This document shows, one piece after another, positions 1-13,014 of a stretch of DNA of 64,000 bases; position 1 is the stretch's first letter, and each line of letters opens with the position of its first letter. Origin of the DNA: Tubiluchus corallicola (lineage: Eukaryota > Animalia > Priapulida); contig JAQGDQ010000287.1 in NCBI GenBank assembly GCA_030141605.1, positions 62,001 to 126,000 of the forward strand, written 5' to 3'. The notes under the pieces were generated by a model. That model searched no databases, was not told the origin of the DNA, and was given only the letters and a program-made list of their open reading frames with translations. The translations under genes were made by a program, and so were the position numbers.

Positions 1-829
1 TCACAACCAACATTTTATTTCTGCTTTTTGACAAAGAAAAAAATCACGTTACAAACTTACCATACGTCTGCTACTTGGCGCAACAAACAACATCTTTTGC
101 GCAGTCATCTGGGTACTTCTGTATTCTACCCAACATAGCACGTCCCACCTGTTGATGACACGATTTCTAGTCCACCGCCCACGACGCATCTTCCTCAAAT
201 CTAGTGTTTTACTTTAATCTTTTGCGTTTACTTTTCAATTAAATTCAAAAATATTTATTGTATTTCTGCACGTTTATCTCTCGAGGAATGCGCGACTTAA
301 AGAACTTAGCCTTCCACTCTGATAAAAAAAGTTCAAGTAAAATTCTTAAAAGGATAAGTTACATCATACCGATGTCACAGAGGTCTGACGTTGTTAATGT
401 TGCAACTTGGCAACTAGCTAGAATTCCTAAACAAAATGGATGAAGTGTTGTAGTACCGGTTTTAATATTGCTTACTTACTTTTTATCAACTTGCAGAACA
501 TAGCAGAGAAAAAAGTGTGTGAAGTTGATCCCCAAAAGGTCGTATTTTATTTTGTTGATTCCAATTAAATATAGAATTAAATTTAAATTGTTGATGATAG
601 TGTATAAGAACGTGACAATGTAGCGCTCAAAGATAGATCAATAACAGCATTTGCTTTTTTCAGGAGATATTGACTCATTTTCTTATTGACGTCTTTAATA
701 TTGTTGCGATAACTCTGGAATAAAGATCAGGTACTGTTTATTGCTGAGCAGGAAGTCCTGCTAAAACCAAGTACCGTGCTTAAATAATTTAAAGGAAGTT
801 ACAGCAACAGCAAATTGAAGAAAATTTAC

Positions 830-941
830 TTTGTGAACTTTCGACATCTTCTTCCCGTGGCTGTTCCCTCTTTTCTCCAACCTTTGACGTTTCTTTATCT
901 GATTGCTCCATTTTTTGTTCTTCTTTTCGTTTGATGCCATA
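830..941 (-). CDS. cplx: Complexin B coding exon 2
   Basis: TTCTAG|TATGGC start; donor A|GTAAAT; flanking intron resembles that of copy A. Confidence 0.88.
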
Positions 942-2093
942 CTAGAACATCAAGAGGAAGACTCTGTCTTTCAGCTGATGGAAGCCTGGTTTAAAGTTAG
1001 TTTATCAGTAAGTCAGTTTTTCAGTTAGCAGTGATTCAGTCTGCTTCTCATTTATTAAGAGAGGCCAGTGGAATTACAAATAGCTAAAGTGCTCAGTAAA
1101 TTGGGCGTTAATCAGTTATTTAGTCAGACACTGAATAGTGGCACTGGCTCAGTATGTCAATAAATAAACCAATCAACCAACCAACCAACCAACCAACCAA
1201 CCAACCAACCAACCAACCAACCAACCAACCAACCACCAACCAACCAACCAACCAACCAACCAACCAACCAACCAACCAACCAACCAATCAGTCAGTCAGT
1301 CAGTCAGTCAGTCAGTCAGTCAGTCAGTCAGTCAGTCAGTCAGTCAGTCAGTCAGTTAGTCAGTCAGTCAGTCAGACCTTCCGTCCGTCCGTTCGTACAT
1401 CTATCCGTCCTTCAGTTTACCAATTTGCCAACCAGATATCCAACTGGCTCGCTCAGAAATGAACTGTTTGGTACTCCACCTGCCGGTCATTGATACAGCA
1501 GTTATAATTTAGCAATGCCGGACTTACTTGCGAAATTGATGGATAACTGCTGACAAAACTGTTTATGGGCAATTTCATGTCCCATATTGCCCTTAGCTAT
1601 ATAATTATGTATATATTTTGTATCGTGAACGATGTTATCTCATTCACACGTGATCAAGATCAAGAAACATCTATCAGTATAGCATGTCAACACTTTGACA
1701 ATGGAAAATAATCCTTCAATTGAGATATATTGCGGTTCTAGTCCTGCCACAACCATCAATATTAAGAAGCCCTGCTGCTGAACACTGATCCGCTTGCAAA
1801 GTATTGTTCTGTATAAAAACAATTTCGCATTGCCTTTTACTAAAAAAATACTGATAAAGATGCAAGCCTACCTTATCACGTATATCTTGCCTAGCCTTTT
1901 CTCGTTCTTCTTCCTTTTTTATGTATTTTTCCTTTTGCTTCAGCTCTTCTTCTCTTCTTGCCTCGAGTGTAGCTGCCTCCTCGTCTGCCCTCTTCCTTTT
2001 CACTTCCGGATCCTCTGCTTTAAACGCTTTTGTCATCTCGCCCTTGATTGTTCCCAGGGTGTTCCCCACCACTTGCTTTGCCATGAAATTCAT
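830..2093 (-). CDS. cplx: Complexin tandem paralog, copy B (3'-partial; last exon not confidently inside the window)
   Basis: Exon 2093-1872 (222 nt, [18 protein letters not shown]...[14 protein letters not shown]; 52/74 aa identical to copy A by manual count) and exon 941-830 (112 nt, [37 protein letters not shown]). Intron phases match copy A, and there are no stops or frameshifts. Confidence 0.9.
1170..1376. repeat. (ACCA)n(CAGT)n compound microsatellite in complexin B intron 1
   Basis: Seen directly. Confidence 0.98.
1872..2093 (-). CDS. cplx: Complexin B coding exon 1
   Basis: ATG at 2093; donor AAG|GTAGGC at 1871. Confidence 0.9.
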
Positions 2094-2329
2094 TTTTCCC
2101 GGAAGTTTTATTTACGGGAAAAGACAGAGAAAAAGTCAAGCTAAATTTTGGTCATCAGTAAGTGTTTCACATTAACATAGATGCATAGCTTTTTGTGGAG
2201 CAAATAAGTCATTAACTAATTAAGAATGGGAAAAGTCAAATAAAATATTATTTACACAGCTAAGATAGCTGCTGATCTATTATCTTTTATTTTGCTTCCC
2301 TAGGCAACGTTGTACACAGAATAACGTCA

Positions 2330-2620
2330 TAAACAAGTAGGTTTGAGTGCTGAAAAGTTGTTTTTGGTAGGACGCCATTTAATCGTATGCGGAGTAACCT
2401 TTCGTTAAAACTATTGGTACAAAGAACAAATAAAATGCAGGTAGAACAATTTTTTTCAAACCGTATTATTCACATATGGAATTCACTTCCAAATTGTGTG
2501 CATGGTTCTCCGCTTGTGACAGCAGCGAATTTTAGATTTTTCCGCAAAAGATTATGTTTAGTTGATCTTGATAATGTTCTCAAATATAAAAAGCACGTAA
2601 GCAGTTTTTCTCTTTGTGTC
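2330..2620 (+). mobile_element. CR1/L2-like LINE 3' fragment
   Basis: The ORF contains FFSNRIIHIWNSLP, a typical ORF2 C-terminal motif. Boundaries approximate. Confidence 0.65.
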
Positions 2621-3004
2621 TCCCCAACACTCAAAAATTTTATTCATTTTCAATGTAATATTTTATAGTGTTGTAATGTATAATGTTGCATTTTTATATT
2701 TTTGTACACTATCTGTAAAATTTAATGAGTGTTAATAAATTAAACTAAACGATTAAAAATAATGCAGGCCTGTATTTCCAACATGTTGTTAAAATTATAA
2801 GTTATATGAAGGATGCAAACAAAATGAATTTTCTTTTTGTTCTATAAGTCTTGCGACCATTGTAAATAAACTTGATATTATCATATATTATATATATTAT
2901 TGTATGTTCGTTTATCTTTAAATACGAAATGTCGGCCATGGTAGTTTCAATGATATTATTATTTTTAACCAGTGTTTTCTAATACTGCCTAGTAGTTAAG
3001 CTAA

Positions 3005-3320
3005 TGGTGCTGCTGCTACTACTATTCCTGCTGTTATTGTTAGCGCTACTGCTACTGCTGCTGCTGCTACTACCACAGCTGCGGCTACTGCCACTATATC
3101 TGCTACTGCTATTGCCACTGCTGCTGTTACTATTACTGCCATTGCTGCTGCTGTTGCCACTGCTGTTGTAATTTTTACAGCACTGCTGCTGCTACTGTTG
3201 CTATTCCTACTGTTATTGCTACTTTTACTGCTACTGGCACTGCTGCTCCTACTGCTACTGCCACCGCTACTGCTACTACCACTGCCACTGCCACTGCTGT
3301 TGTTACTGCTACTGCCACTG
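3005..3320. repeat. Degenerate (GCT/ACT/GCC)n trinucleotide tract
   Basis: Seen directly. Confidence 0.9.
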
Positions 3321-3889
3321 ATACCCTAGCTTACATCATTTTTATTTTATTACTTCTACTGCACTTGTAGTTTTAATTTTTTGCACCATACGCATTTTCC
3401 TATTAACAGTGCAGCCCATTCGTGACAGGCAATCACTGAATGATATTTCACATTGTATAATACATGCTATCATTGTTTTATGGCAAATAAAGACACACGC
3501 ACTCCCGCACGCACGTATGTATAAGTATATATGTATAATGACAACAACCCCCTTGTCACCACCGCCAGGACCATCACCAATTGACCACTTGATTGTAATC
3601 TGAAGGAATGTGGTGTCTACTCCCTGATAGTAAGCTCTCACTCTCGTAACTATTCATTGCGAGAAATGTCAAAAGTAACTCATCGAGGAGTTCATCCTAA
3701 ACTCGTAGAAAAATGTTGTTATTTCATAAAGTGTTACTTTTAAGATTAAGAGATTCAGATATTAAGATACTGATTCAATCTGTATTGTGCTATTAATTAC
3801 CTAACCTAAGTTTTTCCTTGAATAATTTTATCGTCTACGTAGTTCTTCACTTATTTATTATATAAACTGCTTAACATAATAAAAATCAT

Positions 3890-4103
<214 letters not shown>

Positions 4104-5016
4104 CGGGTCGCAGGATGTGTACTGTTCGATGGATCGTTTCCTTATTTTCTAAATAGATGTCTGCAGGCACTATAGTTGGTGACTTTGTTTTTGTTAAGAC
4201 TTACAAACATTGTCTTAACGCGCTTGTAAATGCAAAGAAGCTTCTTAAACCCTTTTGGGCTAAATTTTTTTGCGTATTTTAAACTGTAGAGACGGCTAGG
4301 TAGTATATACCTCATTTGTTTTTGCTCGACTTCTCCATGTCAATTTGTCAGCAATGCTGACAGACGAATCAGCCGTACTACTTAAATGGTTTTATTAAAA
4401 CAATACGAAACAGTTTAGTTAATACGTTTATTTAAATACTTGGCACATATACAATTTACCAGCATTAATAAGATTGGTATTCAACGAACCATTGTGTGCA
4501 GTGTAGATACAAGAAACGGACATTTACAAAATTATAAGACACAGGATTCTCTTCAGCATGTAGAGGGCCAAAGCATTAACTTTGCCTGCAGCGGTTAATA
4601 CTTGAATAGTAACTGTGAACGATTACTCATAAAATGTATCAACTGATCTTCGTTAGTTCATTAAATTACTTCAGAGGTTACCTCCGTCTCTGTACCTCGA
4701 GAATAGGATTTAATCATTTCCCTTTAAACACACAAAAAAGAGAACCTGTATTCAAAATGCCAGGCGTCTTGACTGGGTCAAACAACAGTAAAATACAGCA
4801 ATAAAAACACGTTTTGATGGAGTGACTGTAGATCTTTATTGCTGTAATATACGAGTTTTGCAACAAACATGAAATTGTCACAAAAAAGAAAACGAATTTG
4901 TGGAAAGAGTAAGCCGGGAAAAACAACGAGAGACAGCTAAAGAAGAAAAAATTTAACTGAAAAGGAGAACGAGGAATACACGAACAGAGAGACTTAGAGG
5001 AGGGCAATGAAAAGAA

Positions 5017-5019
<3 letters not shown>

Positions 5020-5057
<38 letters not shown>
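5020..5057. repeat. (AG)n microsatellite
   Basis: Seen directly. Confidence 0.97.
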
Positions 5058-5060
<3 letters not shown>

Positions 5061-6393
5061 CATCGAGGAAAAGAGAAGAGAGATCTCGTAGAAAAGGAAA
5101 GTGAAGGCGGCCAGAAGAGATCAATAGAAATCGAGAATCACCAAGTGAAAGTAAAAGAAGGAAAAAGAAAGATGAAAAAAAATAATGCAAAACAGGGTGA
5201 AAAAGTCTCAACATCCTAGACAAATTTAAATATAAATATGATTGAAGGATTCATGGATGATAGGTACGCTTTCTTCATTTAATTAAATTCTACATTTCAA
5301 TAAGCATCACATTAGGATATTTCGAGGCCTATTTCGTATTCCTTTTTCCGAGTTGTTCAGTGTTTTAACAGGGTCTTAAAACAGAATAACAAAGTTCAAA
5401 ATTACAAAAGTAACCTATTTTATCAGAAGAATGGTTTCAGAAGTCGCAGAAAAATTTGTTTGCTTGTTGAAATGTAGAATTAGATACAATAAAGAAAAAC
5501 TGAAGCATATATATATATATATATCGTTATATATACGTTAACTATATACGTTAAACGTTATATACGTTATATACGTTATATACGTTAACTATATATATAT
5601 ATATATACATTTCATCCATAACTACGAACATGAATATATACATATTTATTTATGTTCGTAATTATGGATGAAATATCTATTAAAGTTTTTTTAGACAGTT
5701 TACTTACAAAATGCATTGATGCATTTTGTTGCGCATTTTTATCAGTGTTTGCCTAAAGTATTTTGGTAGGCTACTTACTCTCCGATTCGAAGTAGATTAT
5801 GAAATTTACAGTGGTTTATACTGATCAGTAGTAAAATATTGTTTTGCGCTGTTCGCAGACTAATATGCACTTATTCCACACGTTAACTATATTAGCTTCT
5901 AGTAAGAAGCAATGATGACGCCTATGCAGTCTTAGTGGTTGCTCTACATAGCACGCCACTGCTTTAATTCTGTAGATGGTAGTAGATGGCAACTAGCTAA
6001 ATAACTTAAGGCCTGCCTGCTAAATTGCAGTTATAACTTCCTATAACAATAACGATGAAACTACAGCTATCATAGAAATTGGCATGATGCATAATCTTTA
6101 TTGATTAGTAAACGGAAATACAGAAGTGCTACCAAAGCATTACCATTTACCTGCCTATAACGATCGTGTATCAAGCTAATTTTTACAGCATCAATGATTT
6201 TATTGTTATCGTAAAGATGGCGCTACCCTCGTCTACTAGTCTATTACGAATTCCATTGTCTGTAAAGGCGACCATAGACTTTTTATTGCCACTTCTATAA
6301 TTTACTTGCACTTTCTTCACTAATAGACAAATTTGTTTATCTATTGTCAAGCCATAGATCCAGAGAATCTGTTTTAAGGCCTGGTTCACATGC

Positions 6394-6479
6394 TCACATG
6401 CACGAACACTTTTCCTGAACATCAGTCTGTATCGAGTTCACTTTGTCCGTTATGAATTTCAAATCAACCGGAAACTGAC
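6394..6479 (-). CDS. cplx: Complexin A coding exon 3 (CAAX)
   Basis: Polypyrimidine tract then CCCACAG|GT; phase-1 reading SQFPVDLKFITDKVNSIQTDVQEKCSCM-TGA. Confidence 0.92.
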
Positions 6480-9400
6480 CTGTGGGAAGAGAATAAAGAA
6501 AAACGAATGTCAGGGACATGCATGATGGATAGATACAAAAAAGACGAGAAGACAAATAATTACAGAGGTTTTGATTCTGGACATCAAGTAGCAGAATTAA
6601 AGAGAAATGAATGGAATGCATAATTTACACAAATATAATGACATTACACTGGTTGTAGGAGTCTAATTTACAGAAATATTTTACACTAACACCTCGTTAC
6701 TTGATGGCTTTTGTTTTTTTTTGGAAGGCAAGTCAACAAGACCCACAACTGTCTGGTAGCTTATCGTTACTTTTCTATTCTCTGCTTAGCAGAAAACAGC
6801 ACTTCAAAGAAATTGTGTCATATATGACCCATTTGTTTAATGAAGCCCATAGGTTGTAGACGCTGTAGACGCTGTAGACGATGAATCTTTTTGTAATATA
6901 TCAGGTATATGTCAGTTGCTGACTCTCTGGTACTCTGGTAGAAACTGGCAGGGGTGAGCTTTCTGTACCAGAAAGCGAAATCGAATCTATTCGAATATAT
7001 AACTTTCGAACTCGAATCAAACCGAATTTCAAGATTTCGAATCCGAATCGAATTTGAATTCAGTTTTGTAGATTTTGGAATAAATTTGCGATTCGTTAAT
7101 AAAAAGTAATCCCACAAAAAAGCATCATAAATATTAGGTAACTTGATTTTTTTCTGCTGTTATTAAAAATTGCAAGTGTACAGAAATTGTAGCTAAACTC
7201 TGCCGATTGCATGATGTTTCAAATCATTTAATGATAGAGAAACGTATGTAGTTGAAGTGGAGAATTCATAATTTTATGTTTGAATTGAATTCCAATTAAA
7301 AAAACTAATTAGACTTCGTTTCGCAAGTTCGAAATCGAACGTTTGACACTCACCTCTAGAAACTAGGTAGGATGTAGGCCAACCCCTGCAGATACCAGGA
7401 AATGCCATGAAGTACATAAAAGGTACAAAGAAGTTATTTTTGAACGTTATCTGCAATTAAAATCTTTTCAGACGTTACAAAATTTCTGCCACTAGATGTC
7501 AGCAAAACGCAACCACATTAAACTTACGCCAGAAATTATTGAACAGGCTACAATGTGTTACAATAATTTCTTTGGCATTGAAATAACCAAATTAAAACAT
7601 AGTGAACATGTATCACAGAATGACAGTAGTACGGCAAAACAGTAGTAACTAAATGTAGGGGGCGCATGTCAACAAGTAAAAACAAAAATGTGCAAGTTGC
7701 AAGTTTTTAAATAAAACGTGTACAGTAGTGCGATAGGTGTAGTGACTCACAATTATTTCTTAAAAGCTTTGGAATCCCTGTTTCTATATAATTAAATTAA
7801 ATTACATTAAATTAACTGTAAAATTTACATTAAATTAAAGTCTGCTAAATTGTTTTTATTACTAACCTGTATTTACTTACTTATTTTTATCTTTTGACAT
7901 ACTAATTGTTCTCTGTACTGATCAGATCGATGTATCGTGTTGATCGAAAATAAATGATAGGCCTAATAAGACATCAAGCCTCCGTATTGATCACGGAATA
8001 ATACGCAATATCACAATAAGTTTGGGAAAATTACATCTGCATGAAATTATAAATAAATCATGCTGGTGTCTCTTCTGGCAAAAAAATAACTGACATTTCC
8101 CAAGTGACACAGCGGAAACTGCAGTTAAATTTTTACAGGTATTCATACCAACACTTTACTAAAAGGATTGTGTGTAACACTAATGTCAACTTTTAAATTT
8201 ACGCCAATTCATAAACTGACACGAGTGCTTTTAAAATTACTCCAGGCTGCCAGCAGTAAAACAAATAAAACAAATTGAAGTGTTAACTTCATCCGGTGAG
8301 GAAAAACAAATGAACGGCTTGTGAACTGCATCGGATGATTCGGATCCCTTCTCGAAAAACTAAGTTTACAGCGTTTGTCAAAGTATAAAGCTAAAGTAGA
8401 TTTTCTGTCCTTGCTGTATAAATTCGTCCTTGTTTTAATATAGCTTTCGTAATTATCAGCTGGGAGTTTTGAGTAAAAATATTAAGTCAAGATTTGATTA
8501 GTATAACGCGTCGTGATTATGACCGCCTCAAGAGATGTTGAGCTGACGTTGAAGTTTAATTTCAAATTTGACTTGTAGCATTCTTTTCACTGGATTTTGA
8601 ATGTGAATTTTGAGTATTGACACTTATAGAAAGCCGTTTATAATACCGCGACAAAGATATGACGTTGGTGTAGTGAACCTAGCGGACCTGGCATCTTCAT
8701 ATTGTAAGAAAAAGTTCTTAGGCATATTTTGCTTAATTTGGCTGAGAAAATACTCGCATATAGATAGGCTATGTTGTTCAAATACCGAAAAGAGACCTGT
8801 TTGTATTCGATTGTTTTGCTTATGGATTTAAAATTATTAAATTATTTTGTTTTAAGCTTAAAATCTCAGTTGCACACAGAAAAGCGTAAACTAAACTAAA
8901 CTTTATTGTTAAAAAATTGGAGCATAAGCTGTTTCCCATAATCAGGTTTAGATGTTTAGTCTAGCAGAAAAATAATTTAAATTTTGTAGATGTATCGGCT
9001 GTTGTCGGTGACGAGCAGCAACTCGTTTAGAGAATATTTTGAACATTGCAAGCGAGGAATGTCAATCTCTATTCTTTATTTGAGTACTACACTTGTACTT
9101 CTGTCTGTAGCAATGCGAAGCACACAATGGAAGATAAAAAGGTTAAACTAAAATATCAACAAACTGTTGAACATCAACTGATGCAAAAGTCTGGTAATAT
9201 CGTCCAACAATAATGGAATAACACAGTCAATTTGTGTGTAGAAGCTTCGGAAAAAATCCAGGATATGATAGGACCCACAAATCTAAGAAAGTAGTCAATG
9301 ATCCAAGTGTTGAACAGTTGTCGTTTGAGCAAAAAGAAATCAGGCTAAATAATAATGTGGACACAGACTTCAATATTAGAAAAGACTTACAAAGAAAAAG

Positions 9401-12400
9401 GAATAAAAAGATGCGAGAACTAAAGAAAACTATTAAACAAATTGAAGAAGAAAGACTGTTAAAAAGTATTGACGATATAGAGAAAAGTAAAGAAGATTCC
9501 ACTCGGATGTTTAAAGCAGTCAGGAACATTAACAGAAATAAACCAAAAGAAAAAACAAAGTTGACACTACAAATGAACTTACAACTGAATGATATAGAAG
9601 CAGCAGAATTAATTACTAAGTTCTTTGGAAAATCATTCAATATTGCTAACTCGAAAACTCTGCCTGATTCGGAGCCCGTAGATATGGAACCACCTTTTAA
9701 CAAAGAAGAAATATACTGTGCAGTAAAACCTCTAAAGAATTGCAAAAGTCCAGACATTTATAATTTGGTAGCTGAGCAATTAAAATATGGACCTGGGTTA
9801 GAAAATACAGCAATTACTAACTTGTTAAATGATGTTGTAAAAACAGGACATTATGCAAAAGACGTTAAGGAAGGAGTTCTAATAGCAATGAAGAAAAAAG
9901 GACCAGTAGAGAAATTAAGGCCAATAATTCTGTTAAGTCTGTTGAGAAGTTAAGACTGAACAACACTATACCAATTACCCAAACTTCATATAGAAAAGGA
10001 AGGAACATTACAGAATTAATTATGTCTGCAAAAATCTTAGCCGAAAAAGCTAAAACTTCAAGATTTATTCAACTGCTCTGCTACTGCTTGATATGAACAA
10101 GGCATTTGATACTGTTGATAGAGGAATACTATTTGATGATCTAAAATCTTAGAACCAGATGTATTACACATGATAATAATTCTACTTAAAGATGTGAGCC
10201 TAAAACTGGGCAATATTATAGGAAAAACTTTCAAAACTAATGTTGGCGTTCCTCAAGGTGACTGCCTCAGCCCCGTGCTTTTTATGTTGTACCTAGCCAA
10301 TGCGCCCCAAAATAAAAATGTTTCACCTACAGATCATGATTATGTCACCTCCATAAAAAAATCTTCCCTTCCATATGACTGATCAGACTTATCCTGCACC
10401 AGATTCCTACAAGCCATTCCTAATTGATCAAAAATATGCTGACGATATTGGGTAGAATAGCATTTCAAAATTCTGCACAGATACTGTTAAAAAAGAGAAT
10501 GCCCAAAATTACAAGAAAAAAAGAATTCTCAAAGTTAACAACTCGAACACTGAAGAGTGTAACATATCACCGGATGGAGACCAATCCGGGTAACGTTGTA
10601 AATAGAAGATGATATGAAAAATAGAAAACAACGGGCAATGTACGGTTTTATTCAAAATAGATCTATTCTAACTAGCAAGAAACTATCCCTCAAAACTTTA
10701 ATGCATACTTAACTAGTATCTTACAATAGTGAAATGCATAAAACGTGCGGCTTAACTACAGCAGAAATAAATGTGTTTCAAAGAGGTCTACTCAGAAAAA
10801 TCTTCAAAATAAAATGGCCGTATATCATTTTAAATGAGCAGCTTTCAAAAGAAGAACATTGAAGCACAAAAATGAGAATCAGAAGACTAGGATGGGTAGG
10901 ACATTTAATGAGATTGCCAGAAACAACACCAGTAAGATTAGCTTTAAACAAAGCAGTAAAACCCATTAAACCTATTAAACGACCTTTAGGCAAAACAAAA
11001 AACAACCTGGATATGAAGAATTAACAAAGATTTACAACAGCTGGAACCAAAGCTAGCAATGGCATCCCAGGAATTGAAAATTTTAGCTGCAGACAGGAAA
11101 CAGTGAAGTGCTCTAATAAAGGATAGAGGCTCTATGTCTGCAATAGATGTTTAAAGTAACAGAAGAAGATGTATCGGTAGGCTGTGGCAGTAAAATCTAT
11201 AAAACGCACTGTCAGTTTTACTCTTTTCTCTTTTACATTTTAAAACACACCTATATTGTATATACCAACTTTGTTGTTTTATTTAATGACAAAGTCGTTT
11301 TATTGAGAAATTCAGGTTAATGCTTTGTTAATGTTTATTGCACACAATATTATTTTAAAATCTATTTGTTAAAATAAATTACAATATGTTTAAAGGGGCA
11401 CAAGCTTGAAATGCTTTTTAGTGTCGTTAGATGGCACCACAATACGTAAGATATATTATTACTAGCATAATTTACAGCGCTAGTGTCGCCATCTGCTAAA
11501 ATTATTATGCAACAAGCACAGGCTATTGTATTTTTAAAATAGTTTATAGAAAGTTACAACAACAACAGATTGAAGAAAATTTACTTTGCAAACTATCTTC
11601 TTCTTCTTCTTCTCCTTCATGTTGCTGAGCACTGCCTTTCATTTCTTCTGGCGTCTTCTTCTTTCTTCCTATCCTCCCTGACATTTCTTTATCTTCTTTC
11701 TCCGCTTCTTTTTCTTCTTTTCTTTTGATACCGTACTAAATGTTCAAGAAAAAAACGCTGTTTTTGAATTTATCCTTTAGTGTAAAATTAGTTTAATTGT
11801 TGATCAATTATGTCACATTGACTGAAGCAAATCAGCTTGCTGCATTGGTCCGTTATTCAGCTGGTTCGTAGTCAATTAATCAAATAAGCTGTTAATCAAA
11901 TAACCAAAAATTAATACTAATCAACTATCCAACTGACCGGCCGACCAAGCAAGCAACCAGGAAACCAACTGATCAACTAATTGATTAACTGACTGAATGA
12001 TTCACCCACTCTTTTGGTTGACAGTCTGCTTACGAATGAAGAAAACAGGTAGCACAAACAGATAGATAGATAGACGGACAGACAAACAGACAGACAAATG
12101 GATAGGCAGATAAACCAGCCAGACAGATGGACGATGGATGGACGCTACAGTTGGATAAAACAGACAGCATAGCAGAAAGAGAGGCAGATTCAGTTAGTTA
12201 ATATATGGACTTCTATAGATGAGACAGTTATTAGATAGTTAACATAGGTTTCCAATAGACGGTGGTAGGTAATTTGGTTGGTCAGTTAATGAGTGACAGA
12301 GTTAATAAGTCAGTCAGTCAGTCAGCTTAGTTAGTTGGTTGGTTTATCGGTCATTCAGTGTAGGGGTACGTAAGTATATAAAACATTAATAAACCAGCCT

Positions 12401-12624
12401 ACTTTATCACGTATGTCTTGTCTCATTTTCTCTCTCTCTTCTTCCATTTTTCTGTGCTTCTCCTTCCGCCTCTCCTCTGCTTCTCTCCTCGCCTCCAGTA
12501 TAGCTGCCTCTTCCTCTTCTCTCTTTTTCTTCACTTCCGGATCCTCTGTTTCGACATTTTTCGTCATCTCGCCTTTGACGGCTCCCAATTTATTCCCCAC
12601 CATTTGCTTTGCCACGAAATCCAT
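6394..12624 (-). CDS. cplx: Complexin (synaphin), copy A; 3 coding exons, 152 aa, C-terminal CAAX prenylation motif
   Basis: Exons 12624-12403 (222 nt), 11735-11585 (151 nt) and 6479-6394 (86 nt) have GT-AG boundaries, phases 0 and 1, total 459 nt. Protein: MDFVAKQMVGNKLGAVKG...EERRKEKHRKMEEEREKMRQDIRDK|YGIKRKEE...GRIGRKKKTPEEM...DSLQ|SQFPVDLKFITDKVNSIQTDVQEKCSCM*. The central helix and CAAX end are diagnostic. A 5' UTR acceptor (TTTTGCAG) lies at 12652/12651. Confidence 0.96.
6949..7358. mobile_element. hAT-type MITE in complexin A intron 2
   Basis: Termini CAGGGGTGAG...CTCACCTCTA, 8-bp TSD GAAACTGG (6941-6948) / GAAACTAG (7359-7366), and subterminal TCGAAT/ATTCGA arrays. Confidence 0.8.
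8999..11166 (+). mobile_element. Decayed, 5'-truncated RTE-clade LINE in complexin A intron 2, antisense to the host
   Basis: RT motifs across broken frames: RPIILLS, LLDMNKAFDTVDR, GVPQGDCLSPVLF, KYADD, RLGWVGHLMRL. It has an AGAAGA-type tail and an 11-bp TSD AGATGTATCGG at 8988-8998 and 11167-11177. Confidence 0.9.
11585..11735 (-). CDS. cplx: Complexin A coding exon 2
   Basis: TTTAG|TACGGT; [50 protein letters not shown]; donor GTAAAT, phase 1. Confidence 0.95.
12403..12624 (-). CDS. cplx: Complexin A coding exon 1
   Basis: ATG at 12624; 74 codons ending IRDK; donor GTAGGC at 12402. Confidence 0.96.
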
Positions 12625-13014
12625 TCTTGTTTGTTAGAAAGTTCAATTAACTGCAAAACAAAGAAAGTGTTTAACTTATTAGCTTATGTTACCTAAACAT
12701 TCTAACTATAGTTGTAGATTTATAGTGTAGTAAGGCATTAAAATGATGCATCTATCAAGTGACGTTTTGAGTATTGAGTATTAAATATCTATTGAGTTTT
12801 TCTAAATCAAAGTGACAGCTTGAGGAGGAAATTTATGTTTTGCAAAAAAACATTATTTTTGTCATAATTATTATCATTTTAATGTCAAGATTAATAGCAA
12901 TGATGGTGGCAAAGCCACGGTTAAATAAATTTTGATACCAAACTTGAAAGACAGCTGAATTTGGTTAGCTAGTTATAAGGTATGAACTCTGGACTGCTCT
13001 GATCCTAGCGCATA

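Noticed and set aside
100-160. Possible last exon of complexin B (CAACAG|GT GGG ACG TGC TAT GTT GGG TAG = SGTCYVG*, CAAX-like)
   Set aside because: It has no polypyrimidine tract and no similarity to copy A exon 3. The real exon is more likely outside the window.
8640-8742. Possible alternative non-CAAX last exon of complexin A (TTTTCTCAG|, TKLSKICLRTF...)
   Set aside because: The acceptor is plausible but the peptide resembles no complexin tail I know, and there is no other support.
9227-9757. 176-aa minus-strand ORF
   Set aside because: It is the antisense shadow of the LINE ORF2 relic.
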